From: Candidatus Poribacteria bacterium
Lineage (GTDB): Bacteria; Poribacteria; WGA-4E; WGA-3G
DNA length: 64,000 nucleotides
NCBI GenBank assembly: GCA_965215265.1
Contig: OZ244048.1
Location: forward strand, 2,720,001 to 2,784,000
Reading direction: 5' to 3'
A model generated the notes under the pieces. That model did not search any database and was not told the origin of the DNA. It saw only the letters and a program-made list of their open reading frames with translations. The position numbers and the translations under genes are program-made. This document shows, piece after piece, positions 30,665 to 39,948 of the stretch (positions are counted from its first letter, which is position 1; the number at the start of each line of letters is the position of its first letter).

Positions 30665-31927
30665 GTGCATACGAACGATTTTAAAGCCCCAAAACCGAAT
30701 ACTGCTGTAATTAAGATAGCAAACGCCCTACTGCCGTTCGTTAATCGTTGGTACCTGAAAGGGCTCACCTTAGATATCGACGGAGAATCGCTTGAGCGTT
30801 TAAAGTTAACATGCGGGCAGCCAACGGTTTTAGCACCTAACCACGCTGCACACACAGACCCGGCGGTTCTGTTTCTTTTGTCAAAACGACTCTCACAGAC
30901 GTTCTACTATATGACAGCACGTGAAACGTTTGACAAAGGTAGGATGGGCGCGATCCGGAGTTTTTTTCTACAACGCATAGGCGCTTATTCAATTGTACGC
31001 GGAACCGCAGATAGAAACGCCTTCCGCACTACACGGACGCTCCTCTTAAACGGGACATCGCCCGTCGTCATCTTTGCTGAAGGTGAGATCTCACGACAGA
31101 ATGACACCGTGATGCACTTTGAGCGCGGGATTACACAACTCTGCTTCTGGACGCTGGATGATATGACAAAGGGAAACATCAGGAAACCGCTCTACGTCGT
31201 ACCGCTTGGGATTAAGTATCATTATACCCAAAACATGTGGGGAACAATTGACAAGGCACTCAAGCGATTAGAAACTAACATCTTCTCTTCAGTGTGCTTT
31301 ACAACAGAATCACAACCGGCGGGTCTAGATAGGTACCAGCGTTTACGTAGAATCGGCGGAATGATGTTAATAGCACTCGCAAAGGAATATCATTTAAATC
31401 TCAATTTGCAGATTGACGATATGGAAACGACATCTATGAATGCAGAAATTCAAACGCTCAAAGAACATATCCTTTCACATGCGGAAAGAATCATGGGCAT
31501 CCCCGCCAACGGAGATGTTCTCGCCCGTATCCGAACCCTGAAAAACCTTGTTGATGCGGAAGTGTACAGAGACATAGAACAGATGGCCGGATACGAACGG
31601 AAAATTCATGAGCAACAACTGCAGAAATTCCAATTATTCTATCTCGATTTAGACCGTCTGATTAATTTCATCGCCATTTCTGATGGATACGTCGCAGAAG
31701 AACCTTCTCCAGAAAGATACCTGGATGTCATCACTAGATTGGAAAGAGAGGTCTTCGGGGCCTCAAAAATGCGTGGCCCGCGCGTCGCATCTATTCGGGT
31801 TGGGGAACCTAAAAATCTCTTCGATGATTACCAAACTTATAGAGCACAGAAAAGAGAAACCGTAGAGCAGATTACTGCAGAATTGGAAACTACAGTTCAG
31901 AATCTGATTGCAGCAAAAGTCCAGTAG
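30665..31927 (+). CDS. PlsC-like lysophospholipid acyltransferase
   Basis: PNHAAHTD (HxxxxD), GAYSIVRG, IFAEGE, VPLGIKY. Confidence 0.88.
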   Translation: MHTNDFKAPKPNTAVIKIANALLPFVNRWYLKGLTLDIDGESLERLKLTCGQPTVLAPNHAAHTDPAVLFLLSKRLSQTFYYMTARETFDKGRMGAIRSFFLQRIGAYSIVRGTADRNAFRTTRTLLLNGTSPVVIFAEGEISRQNDTVMHFERGITQLCFWTLDDMTKGNIRKPLYVVPLGIKYHYTQNMWGTIDKALKRLETNIFSSVCFTTESQPAGLDRYQRLRRIGGMMLIALAKEYHLNLNLQIDDMETTSMNAEIQTLKEHILSHAERIMGIPANGDVLARIRTLKNLVDAEVYRDIEQMAGYERKIHEQQLQKFQLFYLDLDRLINFIAISDGYVAEEPSPERYLDVITRLEREVFGASKMRGPRVASIRVGEPKNLFDDYQTYRAQKRETVEQITAELETTVQNLIAAKVQ

Positions 31928-31970
31928 CGTTCGCCTACGGTATTAAACAGACTTTACCCCTTTTGAGCAA

Positions 31971-32006
31971 CGGGGATTCATCCCCGCTTGCGGGGAGAAC
32001 TTCCCC
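31971..32006. repeat. Isolated palindrome resembling a single type I-E CRISPR repeat
   Basis: CGGGGATTCATCCCCGCTTGCGGGGAGAAC; one copy only. Confidence 0.35.
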
Positions 32007-32043
32007 AATCAAAAGGTATATACTATGACTAAGGAAGAAAATC

Positions 32044-32958
32044 ATGGCAAAAAAATTGTCAATTGGAAGTTGGGCTTACACTTTCGGCCCTTATGAAGAT
32101 AACCCTGTCCCGTTTGACACCGTTGTCAAACGGCTCAGCGAACTTGAATTTGATGGCGTGGAAATCGGGGCGTTTAAACCGCATATAGATATTAACGACT
32201 ACCCGATGAAAAGCGACCGTGATGCGGTTAAGGGCTTGATTGCTTACTACGGACTGGAAGTCTCAGGACTCGCTGCCGACTTCTGGTCTCACCCTGGGCC
32301 GGCTACCGATGAGGCACAAGAGGACGATCGATACTACAAACTTTTTAAGCAGAACCTACAACTCGCTTTGGATCTTGGCTCACCGGCTATCCGCGTTGAC
32401 ACTGTCACAGACGCTGAGGCGGAGGTTCCCGGGGTCGACCGCAAAACTGCTTGGAATCGCATCGTCTCGCTCTGGAAGCGCTGTGCAGAGGTAGCCCAAG
32501 ACCACGGCATCCTAATGTTGTGGGAATTTGAACCGGGGTTCATGTTCAATAAACCGAGCGATATTATCGCTATGCCACAAGAAGTCGATCATCCTAATTT
32601 TAAAGTGATGTTCGACACATGCCATGCGCAAATGTGTGCGGTTGTCGGGGCACGGCAGGTCGGGGCGCAGGAGACACTAGGCGATAACGGAGTCATCGAC
32701 CTGGCACGGCAGCTCACAGGACAGATTGGACACTTCCACCTCATCGATTCGGATAATACGCTACACCACGACGAAACCAGTACACACGCACCTTTTGGAC
32801 AAGGTGTACTTAACTTTGACGAAATTATACCGGTGATTATGGAAGAGACAGGCTACGACGGCGAGTGGTTCTCAATAGACCTCTGCTTCTGGCCAGAGGC
32901 CTGGGATGTGACCGAAAACGCGAAGAAGTTTCTCACGCCCTATCTGGAAAGGTATTAG
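32044..32958 (+). CDS. Sugar phosphate isomerase/epimerase (xylose isomerase-like TIM barrel)
   Basis: FDGVEI, WEFEPG, MFDTCH, HFHLIDSD, HAPFGQG. Confidence 0.88.
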   Translation: MAKKLSIGSWAYTFGPYEDNPVPFDTVVKRLSELEFDGVEIGAFKPHIDINDYPMKSDRDAVKGLIAYYGLEVSGLAADFWSHPGPATDEAQEDDRYYKLFKQNLQLALDLGSPAIRVDTVTDAEAEVPGVDRKTAWNRIVSLWKRCAEVAQDHGILMLWEFEPGFMFNKPSDIIAMPQEVDHPNFKVMFDTCHAQMCAVVGARQVGAQETLGDNGVIDLARQLTGQIGHFHLIDSDNTLHHDETSTHAPFGQGVLNFDEIIPVIMEETGYDGEWFSIDLCFWPEAWDVTENAKKFLTPYLERY

Positions 32959-32993
32959 ACCCGATACCTGAGCTGCTACTGTAAGTTGGAAAC

Positions 32994-33830
32994 ATGCTAA
33001 ATTTGCGTTCAATAGACGGCTTGGTTGAGCTGGCTTTAGCGGAAGACATCGGCATCGGGGATATAACCACTGAGGCGACGGTCCCGATTGAGCAGCAAGG
33101 TACCGGCGTTATTACCGCTAAGAGCGGTGGCATCATTGCTGGGCTCCCCGTTGCTGCACGCGTCTTTGAGAAATTAGATCCAGACCTCAGTTTCCGGGCA
33201 CTAGTTAACGATGGGGCTTCCGTTACAACCGGAACCCGAATCGTGGAGGTGCAAGGCAGTGCTAGAACGATTCTCAGCGGCGAGCGAACCGCGCTTAACT
33301 TCCTCCAGCGGCTCTCTGGTGTCGCTACCCTAACCGCCGCATTTGTTAACGCCGTTGCAGACTATGATGTCAAAATTGTGGATACCCGTAAGACAGCCCC
33401 GGGATGGCGTGCAGTTCAGAAATACGCAGTCCATGTTGGAGGCGGGCATAACCATCGATTCGGGCTTTACGACGGTGTGCTCATCAAGGATAATCATATT
33501 GTTGCCGCCGGTGGGCTCGCTCAGGCTGTGCAACGTGCAAAGGCACGTACACCACACACCGCGAAAATTGAAGTCGAAGTCGAAACGCTTGAACAAGCCG
33601 AAGAAGCTTTGGAGGCCGAAGCGGATATCTTACTCCTTGATAATATGTCAATTACGCTTATGAAGGCAGTTGTTCAACTGGTAGGCAACCGTACTGTCAC
33701 GGAAGCTTCCGGTGGAATTACACTAGAGCAGGTCAGGGCTGTTGCTGAAACCGGGGTCAAGTTTATTTCTGTCGGTGCACTCACGCATTCCGCGATGCCC
33801 CTGGACATCAGTTTGACACTTTTTTTGTAA
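32994..33830 (+). CDS. nadC: Quinolinate phosphoribosyltransferase
   Basis: GDITT, ERTALNFLQRLSGVAT, DTRKT, HRFGLYDGVLIKDNH, IEVEVE, LLDNM, EASGGI. Confidence 0.97.
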   Translation: MLNLRSIDGLVELALAEDIGIGDITTEATVPIEQQGTGVITAKSGGIIAGLPVAARVFEKLDPDLSFRALVNDGASVTTGTRIVEVQGSARTILSGERTALNFLQRLSGVATLTAAFVNAVADYDVKIVDTRKTAPGWRAVQKYAVHVGGGHNHRFGLYDGVLIKDNHIVAAGGLAQAVQRAKARTPHTAKIEVEVETLEQAEEALEAEADILLLDNMSITLMKAVVQLVGNRTVTEASGGITLEQVRAVAETGVKFISVGALTHSAMPLDISLTLFL

Positions 33831-33890
33831 GGATGCCCTTCAAACGTCTTGGGCTTCAGTCTAAACTAAACAGAAAGGAAGTTAGTTGCT

Positions 33891-34796
33891 ATGCAGAACA
33901 TTCAACCTACCACAACCAAAATCGGTTGGATCGGGACGGGTGTGATGGGGCGCTGGATGTGCCAACACCTCTTGGACTTGGGATACGAGATGTCCGTTTA
34001 CAACCGCACCAAAGCGAAAGCTGAGCCGCTCCTTGAGGCAGGTGCTGTCTGGGCTGAATCCCCAGCTGCTGTGGCTCAGAATGCAAGCGTCATCTTCACG
34101 ATTGTGGGCTTACCGCCAGATGTGCGCGAGGTCTATCTGGGCGATAAGGGCATTTTAGAGGGCGCTAAACCTGGCACCATCATCGTTGACATGACGACAA
34201 CGGAGCCGTCTCTCGCACAAGAGATTTACGCAGCGGCAAAACCACACGGCATCTCTGCTGTAGATGCGCCGGTCTCCGGGGGCGATGTCGGCGCACGCGA
34301 GGCACGTCTCTCCATCATGGTCGGCGGCGATACCGAGGCTGTCCAAGCCGTTATGCCCCTCTTCTCAGCCATGGGAAAAAACATTGTGCACCAGGGAGGT
34401 GCCGGTGCTGGACAACATACCAAAATGTGCAACCAGATTACTATCTCCGGAACGATGATCGGCGTTTGTGAAGGTTTGCTCTATGGATACAAAGCCGGTT
34501 TGGATCTGGAAACGATGTTATCCTCAATTAGTGGCGGGGCAGCTGCATGCTGGTCCTTGGATAATTTAGCACCACGCGTCCTCCAACGAGACTTCGACCC
34601 AGGCTTCTTTGTGGAGCATTTCATCAAAGATATGAGCATCGCCCTCGACGAAGCACGAAAGATGGATCTCAGCCTGCCTGGGCTCGCTTTGGTGCATCAA
34701 CTCTACACCGCTGTACAAGCACAGGGACACGGCAGACTGGGCACCCAAGCACTTGTCTTGGCATTGGAGCAGATGTCCGGAACGGAAGTGAACTAA
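33891..34796 (+). CDS. 3-hydroxyisobutyrate dehydrogenase/tartronate semialdehyde reductase family
   Basis: [45 protein letters not shown]. Confidence 0.92.
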   Translation: MQNIQPTTTKIGWIGTGVMGRWMCQHLLDLGYEMSVYNRTKAKAEPLLEAGAVWAESPAAVAQNASVIFTIVGLPPDVREVYLGDKGILEGAKPGTIIVDMTTTEPSLAQEIYAAAKPHGISAVDAPVSGGDVGAREARLSIMVGGDTEAVQAVMPLFSAMGKNIVHQGGAGAGQHTKMCNQITISGTMIGVCEGLLYGYKAGLDLETMLSSISGGAAACWSLDNLAPRVLQRDFDPGFFVEHFIKDMSIALDEARKMDLSLPGLALVHQLYTAVQAQGHGRLGTQALVLALEQMSGTEVN

Positions 34797-35010
34797 CAGC
34801 CGTTTTTTCTCAATGAATGAAGTCCCAGGGCTGTTTTTGTCATCACCACAGCACTCTGGGACTTCATTGTATTGCAAAATATCGCAAAGTATCGCAAATC
34901 TATTTCCGGACGAGCATTTTACGCGATGTCAACGTATAGAAATAGATAGCATTCGCCACGGGTTTTTACGCCTAAAAATTTGCACTTGGTTGCGTGCATT
35001 GCCCAAACTA

Positions 35011-35613
35011 TCAAACTTCCGGCAAACTTTGGTGCATCAGGTAGCCAATTGCACCGAAGACCTTTTTCAAATCGCTAATTGCAAGAACCGTCACGTTCCG
35101 TGTAAACAAATCCTCAACTAATTTCCCGAATTGCCAGAGTTCTCCATCCGTTACAATGCCATAGCTCGGTTTGAGTGTATCGTTGTTGATTTTTTGCACG
35201 GCAACTAACTCAGCCAGGCACTGTCCCCATCCCTTGACGAAATCGTTGCGTTTCGCCCCTACGACGATAATAATTGGTGCCCCTGGCACCGTTTTTCCCA
35301 ACGCCGATTTTGTAGAGATGAGGTAGTCCGGCGTGCCACTGAGTTCCGAATCGTAAGAAATTGATTGATGGCTCCACAATGCAAACCATTCTACATAATT
35401 TTTGTATACGTCCCTAAGAATCGGATAAATCACATTTTCGCAACGTGCTGCTTCAGATGAAAACACGTCGATGTGCTGCTGACTGAATTCAAACTCCTCC
35501 AAAAATGCCGGTGAGGGTTCGACATCCTCGTATTCAATATAGTCGGATTCCGTATATCTAATTTTGAAGGCTTGCTGAACTTGTGCGATTGAATTGAAAT
35601 CAGTAAATGCCAT
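35011..35613 (-). CDS. Restriction-endonuclease-like (HsdR-N/PD-(D/E)XK-type) hypothetical protein
   Basis: SEAARCE, LSGTPDYLI, IIVVGAKR, GWGQCLAEL, YGIVTDGELWQF. Confidence 0.7.
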   Translation of the reverse strand: MAFTDFNSIAQVQQAFKIRYTESDYIEYEDVEPSPAFLEEFEFSQQHIDVFSSEAARCENVIYPILRDVYKNYVEWFALWSHQSISYDSELSGTPDYLISTKSALGKTVPGAPIIIVVGAKRNDFVKGWGQCLAELVAVQKINNDTLKPSYGIVTDGELWQFGKLVEDLFTRNVTVLAISDLKKVFGAIGYLMHQSLPEV

Positions 35614-35717
35614 CTGATTCGCCTTATCCGCTTTCAACTTGAAATCACGCAATTTCTGTTGTAACCGGTTATGAAGCCGTCATATAACTCGCAAACCGTT
35701 ACACACCCTGGACGTGT

Positions 35718-35749
35718 CCCTATAGGGACAGGTTTATAACCTGCCCCTA
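35718..35749. repeat. REP-like palindromes
   Basis: TGTCCCTATAGGGACA overlapping CAGGTTTATAACCTG. Confidence 0.5.
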
Positions 35750-38700
35750 TTTGACTATCAACATTTTACGCGTCGAGGTGAAATCACCCGCCGTCAAGGT
35801 ATAGAAATAGGTACCGCTCGCTGCAGCTTCACCTACCTGGTTTTTACCGTCCCAATACGCAGCGCGGCTCCGCGTCTGATAGTGTCCTGCAGCCTGATGC
35901 CCCAATGCTAACGTTCGAACCAACGCACCACTTGACGCATAAATACGAATCTGCACATCGGCACCCGTTGCCAGGTGATACGGTATCCACGTCTCCGGAT
36001 TGAACGGATTCGGATAATTCGCCAGCAGGGCGGTTCTCTCCGGCAGCATCGCCCCTAAAAGTTGTTCGAGATTCGCAATCGCACGTTCAAAACCAACAGA
36101 ACCGTCATCCGCATCTCGTAAAAACCGCAGTACCTGTATCACCTGTTCCGCAGTGAGATGCGTGGGTACGGCAGCGCTTGATGCCGCGGCCGGCACCGCC
36201 CTTTCCCCAATTTGAACACGCCGTGCCGTCACACCCAGATGCAGCAGGATTTTAGGCGGACTTGTCGGGATCCACGCCCCGTTACGGCTACCGAACTCGA
36301 GGTTACTCACCACCAATTCGGTCTCACCCAGGGCTCTGACAACGAATCTGATGGACATCAGCTTCCCACTCCCCGTCACACCCCCAGGGTCGAGCCGCGT
36401 CACACTTAGCCCGCTAATTTTACCGACACCGTTGTCAATCGTGCCGCTCTCAAAAGACGTCTTCGCGGTGTACGTCTTCGCGGTGTCTGCTTTCAGGAAA
36501 GGGCCCTCGTTCACTCGCGTCGCCCTTAGCACCGCCGGATCGAAGCCAATATCGAACTGCCACCCCGCTAAACGCTTCACCTCCTCAACCCTGAGATGCA
36601 GCGTGAAGGAATCGCCAACCGAAAGCCCTGAAGTGTTCGCAGAAGCGGAGAGCCGTGCACCAGGTGGTAACACCGTATACTCCGCGTCAGGAGCAAACCC
36701 GAAAAAGCCGCTAAAGCCGCCATGGCCGCGGTTGTCAACCGCCACCAACAACACGTTTTTCCCTTGTTTCAACGTCACGGGGAAAAAGTCTTGATAATCG
36801 CCAGCCCCGCGATGAACGAGTGCCTGGTGAACCAACTTTCCGTTCAGCCATACCTTGACGGCATCATCGCTACCGACGAACATCGTTGTCTCCTGACGCC
36901 GCGGCGACTCCAACGACACCGAACCGTAGACGATATGCTCATAGATCTCTTCCCTAGTGCCCCAGCCCAGCGCAGCCGTCATCTCGTTGATATTATCCCA
37001 ACCCGTGGCAGAGAGTGTGTGCACACGCCACTTGCCCTCGCCAACCGGATTGCCCTCCGTCGCACCGTTCGTCGCAACTTTCCGCTCCGTCACAGTGCCA
37101 TCGCTCGCTAGGGATAGAAAATCGGTGCTGCTGTTCAGGCGCGTTCCCGGCACCAGCACCCATAACCACGGACCCGTGATTTTCGGACCGCCGGACGGGA
37201 AACCCGGATTACCGTTCATCGTAACCTCCGTGTTCTCGCGTAAACTGTCTAACGGTGAAAAGTCCGATATGTTATTGTCTCGAAGATTCAGCTCCGTCAA
37301 GCGGCTTAACCCGGCTAGCGCGGATATGTCCGATATGTTGTTGTCGTAAATATACAGCTCCGTCAAGTGGCGTAATCCGGCCAGCGCGGATACGTCTGAT
37401 ATCCTATTGTGCGCGAGGTGTAGATACGTTAGATTCGGTAATCGGGTGAGGGGCGTTAGGTCCGATATTTCATTTCCGTAAGCGTGCAATTGTCGCAGAC
37501 TAATTAATCCGGCGAGGGGCGACAAGTCAGATAACCGGTTGCCGGAGATCTTTAATCCGCCCAACTTGACTAACCCCGAGAGCGGAGATAAGTCGGATAT
37601 GAGGTTTTCATGAAGATCGATCCAATCTAAGCTGCGTAGGTTTGCCAGCGCCGAAATATCCGAGATAAAGTTCTTCCTAATAGTTAGGTTTCTGAGTCTG
37701 ATTAAGCCACTGAGCGGCGAGATATCCGAGATGCGATTATCCGACAGATGGAGCTCTTCCAGATTGATAGCCGCCTCCAATCCTGTCAATTCGCGGATCC
37801 CCTTTCTCTCGGGATCCAGCCGCGTTAAGGTCGCCATCTCTTCTGCGGTAATCGGCGCGGTTTGCGCAGTGCCCGCTGCTTTACCCAGCGCCGATGCAAT
37901 TGCTGCCCGCAAACGTGCATCGGGGATGTGAACAGTGCCCGTCGGTATCGGGCGGGTCGATGTCACAACCACAGTAGGATTTGGGTGCGGGGAATTCAGC
38001 GCTCTCACTATCTCCTGAAAACGCGACGCCCACACATCACGCTTCACATTCCCCGTCTCATCCACTAGCGATAGCAAACCCAAACTTTGTAAACTCGGAT
38101 TCACATGAATCTGTTCCCGGAACTCCCTAGTTTCTAAGCCTACCGATGCCGCAGCATACGCCGCATCAACTGGACCTTGATACACCTCAAAGAAACGGTG
38201 CACAGGCTCAATCCCACCAAATATACCACCCGTCTTCTTCAGCGCCTCACGGTAGCGATCCGTATCGGCTGCCACCAGCTCATTCATATCGCCCTGCTCA
38301 ACATACAGACGCAACGCCTGTTCTTTGTCAAACGGTGGGTTCACCGTCCGGTCTACTACAGAACGCACACTATCTTCAAACGTCTTCATCCCTTCCGTAT
38401 GACACCCTATGCACGACAAACCGTTGTGCACTGCGGGATCGCTCGCCGCAGGATTAGAAACTATCGTTGTCGGCGCTACATCTATCCGATTCCCCTGCGC
38501 ATCCGAGATATAGTATGCCTGCAAGCCGTTCGGCAAGTTGAAGATAACTTCCCCACCATCAGCCCTGAAAGACAAGGGGTGCGTGAAGATATTCTGCGCC
38601 CCCACACTCCCAGCAAAGTCGTAGCTTTTCCAATATGCGCCATACCGAGACGTGTGTCGTTCAACCACGCGGTTGTGATTTGACACCCCGGAATCATTAA

Positions 38701-39631
38701 ACCCGGCACGCCACACACGCACGCCCGGTGCCGCCTGAAGATTCCTTGCCACATCTACCTCAAGCCTTCGCTCCAACTCCCGGTCGGTTTGGGGCAGATC
38801 CAGGATATCGTGATAGAGCGGCGGCAAGGCAGCCGTCGCGAGGAACCAATCGACATACACATACGGCACCTCACAAGCCATTTCTTCACGGAGGTGCATT
38901 AGTTTGTCACGCAGCGGCGCTTGCGTTTGAACATCGAACTCAATCGCATACGGATAGACATCCTCTATCGATGTCCATGCGTCGTTCGTATCCCATTCAT
39001 AGTTCCGCAGATCTATGTAGAATATCGTCCCTGCCGGGCCCATGGCCAGCGGCTCCTCAATATCAAACCCCCACGAGAGGCTGTTTATCAGTTTAGAGAG
39101 GGCTATCTGGTAGGCGCTCAGCGCCTCAGGCAGCTCGCCGGCGTTATAGAGATGGGTCAGCGTAAAGTAACGCGCGAAGGGGCGGTTGAAGGGGGAAAGC
39201 GTCTCCAGATGTTCTTGGATGGCGTTCAGCATTTCAGCCGTGCTAATGAAGTCAACATCGTGTTGAATCTCCCAGCTCGGCGCACCAGCTTTAATCCAGT
39301 TTCTTATGGTGACAATCAATGGAGTAGGAAGCGGCGGTTGGTTCAGCGGCATCCGGTGCCCGTCCTCCTTATTCGGAAGCAAGCGTTGATAGAATTCCGA
39401 ACCGATAGCATTGCCCGGCACCACCACGCCTGAATCAATCAAGCCTTGCGCGGATTCAATCACGAGCTCCTCCGTAAAGGGGCCATCCGGGCCGTGGCAG
39501 TTCAGGCAGTTTTGTTGAAAGATAGCATACGCCTGTCGCGCGAGGTTCTCTTGTGCATCAGCGGTGCCAACCCCTAGCGCGATAACTGTTAAAACTACAA
39601 GAAGGTAGAAGTCTCTCATCTGTTTCATCAT
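35747..39631 (-). CDS. Secreted multidomain protein: cytochrome c, internalin-like LRR, beta-sandwich, cohesin-like and FlgD-Ig C-terminus
   Basis: Signal peptide; CLNCH and CIGCH heme motifs; ISDLSPLxGL LRRs; GSDDAVKVWLNG; LAGWQFDIGFDP; LANYPNPFNPETWIPY. An alternative in-frame start at 39718 lies in repeat DNA. Confidence 0.88.
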   Translation of the reverse strand: MMKQMRDFYLLVVLTVIALGVGTADAQENLARQAYAIFQQNCLNCHGPDGPFTEELVIESAQGLIDSGVVVPGNAIGSEFYQRLLPNKEDGHRMPLNQPPLPTPLIVTIRNWIKAGAPSWEIQHDVDFISTAEMLNAIQEHLETLSPFNRPFARYFTLTHLYNAGELPEALSAYQIALSKLINSLSWGFDIEEPLAMGPAGTIFYIDLRNYEWDTNDAWTSIEDVYPYAIEFDVQTQAPLRDKLMHLREEMACEVPYVYVDWFLATAALPPLYHDILDLPQTDRELERRLEVDVARNLQAAPGVRVWRAGFNDSGVSNHNRVVERHTSRYGAYWKSYDFAGSVGAQNIFTHPLSFRADGGEVIFNLPNGLQAYYISDAQGNRIDVAPTTIVSNPAASDPAVHNGLSCIGCHTEGMKTFEDSVRSVVDRTVNPPFDKEQALRLYVEQGDMNELVAADTDRYREALKKTGGIFGGIEPVHRFFEVYQGPVDAAYAAASVGLETREFREQIHVNPSLQSLGLLSLVDETGNVKRDVWASRFQEIVRALNSPHPNPTVVVTSTRPIPTGTVHIPDARLRAAIASALGKAAGTAQTAPITAEEMATLTRLDPERKGIRELTGLEAAINLEELHLSDNRISDISPLSGLIRLRNLTIRKNFISDISALANLRSLDWIDLHENLISDLSPLSGLVKLGGLKISGNRLSDLSPLAGLISLRQLHAYGNEISDLTPLTRLPNLTYLHLAHNRISDVSALAGLRHLTELYIYDNNISDISALAGLSRLTELNLRDNNISDFSPLDSLRENTEVTMNGNPGFPSGGPKITGPWLWVLVPGTRLNSSTDFLSLASDGTVTERKVATNGATEGNPVGEGKWRVHTLSATGWDNINEMTAALGWGTREEIYEHIVYGSVSLESPRRQETTMFVGSDDAVKVWLNGKLVHQALVHRGAGDYQDFFPVTLKQGKNVLLVAVDNRGHGGFSGFFGFAPDAEYTVLPPGARLSASANTSGLSVGDSFTLHLRVEEVKRLAGWQFDIGFDPAVLRATRVNEGPFLKADTAKTYTAKTSFESGTIDNGVGKISGLSVTRLDPGGVTGSGKLMSIRFVVRALGETELVVSNLEFGSRNGAWIPTSPPKILLHLGVTARRVQIGERAVPAAASSAAVPTHLTAEQVIQVLRFLRDADDGSVGFERAIANLEQLLGAMLPERTALLANYPNPFNPETWIPYHLATGADVQIRIYASSGALVRTLALGHQAAGHYQTRSRAAYWDGKNQVGEAAASGTYFYTLTAGDFTSTRKMLIVK

Positions 39632-39847
39632 TTTTTCGTATCTCTCCGTACCTAAAAGGTTTATGTTTTGTGAAGTCCTGTGTAAATGTCGTCTGAGGTT
39701 ATCTATGCTATGAATCATCTTTTCGTATCTCTCCTTTTTTCGTTTTTTTCTCTACAGGAGCCCAACAGTGATTGATGTTATGATAACCCTTCCATAAATC
39801 TCGTCCGAGGCTTTCTATGTTATGAATAAAGAACATCAAAAGGCTCC
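39632..39847. repeat. Cluster of palindromic-element arms
   Basis: TTTTTCGTATCTCTCCG...TGTGTAAATGTCGTCTGAGG; a second TTTCGTATCTCTCC; TAAATCTCGTCCGAGG...CATCAAAAGGCTC. Confidence 0.8.
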
Positions 39848-39867
39848 CAGTGGGTTGGTAAGTTCGG

Positions 39868-39900
39868 TTGACTCCCGCCCGGTTCCGGGCGGGATGTCAA
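39868..39900. terminator. GC-rich hairpin downstream of the LRR gene
   Basis: TTGACTCCCGCCCGG-TT-CCGGGCGGGATGTCAA. Confidence 0.55.
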
Positions 39901-39948
39901 TCTACGATATTCTGCCACATCAGGGGGTAACGTGCTGATATATACAAA

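Noticed and set aside
39632-39718. N-terminal extension of the 1323-aa ORF
   Set aside because: It is encoded by repeat DNA and would bury the signal peptide, so 39631 is preferred.
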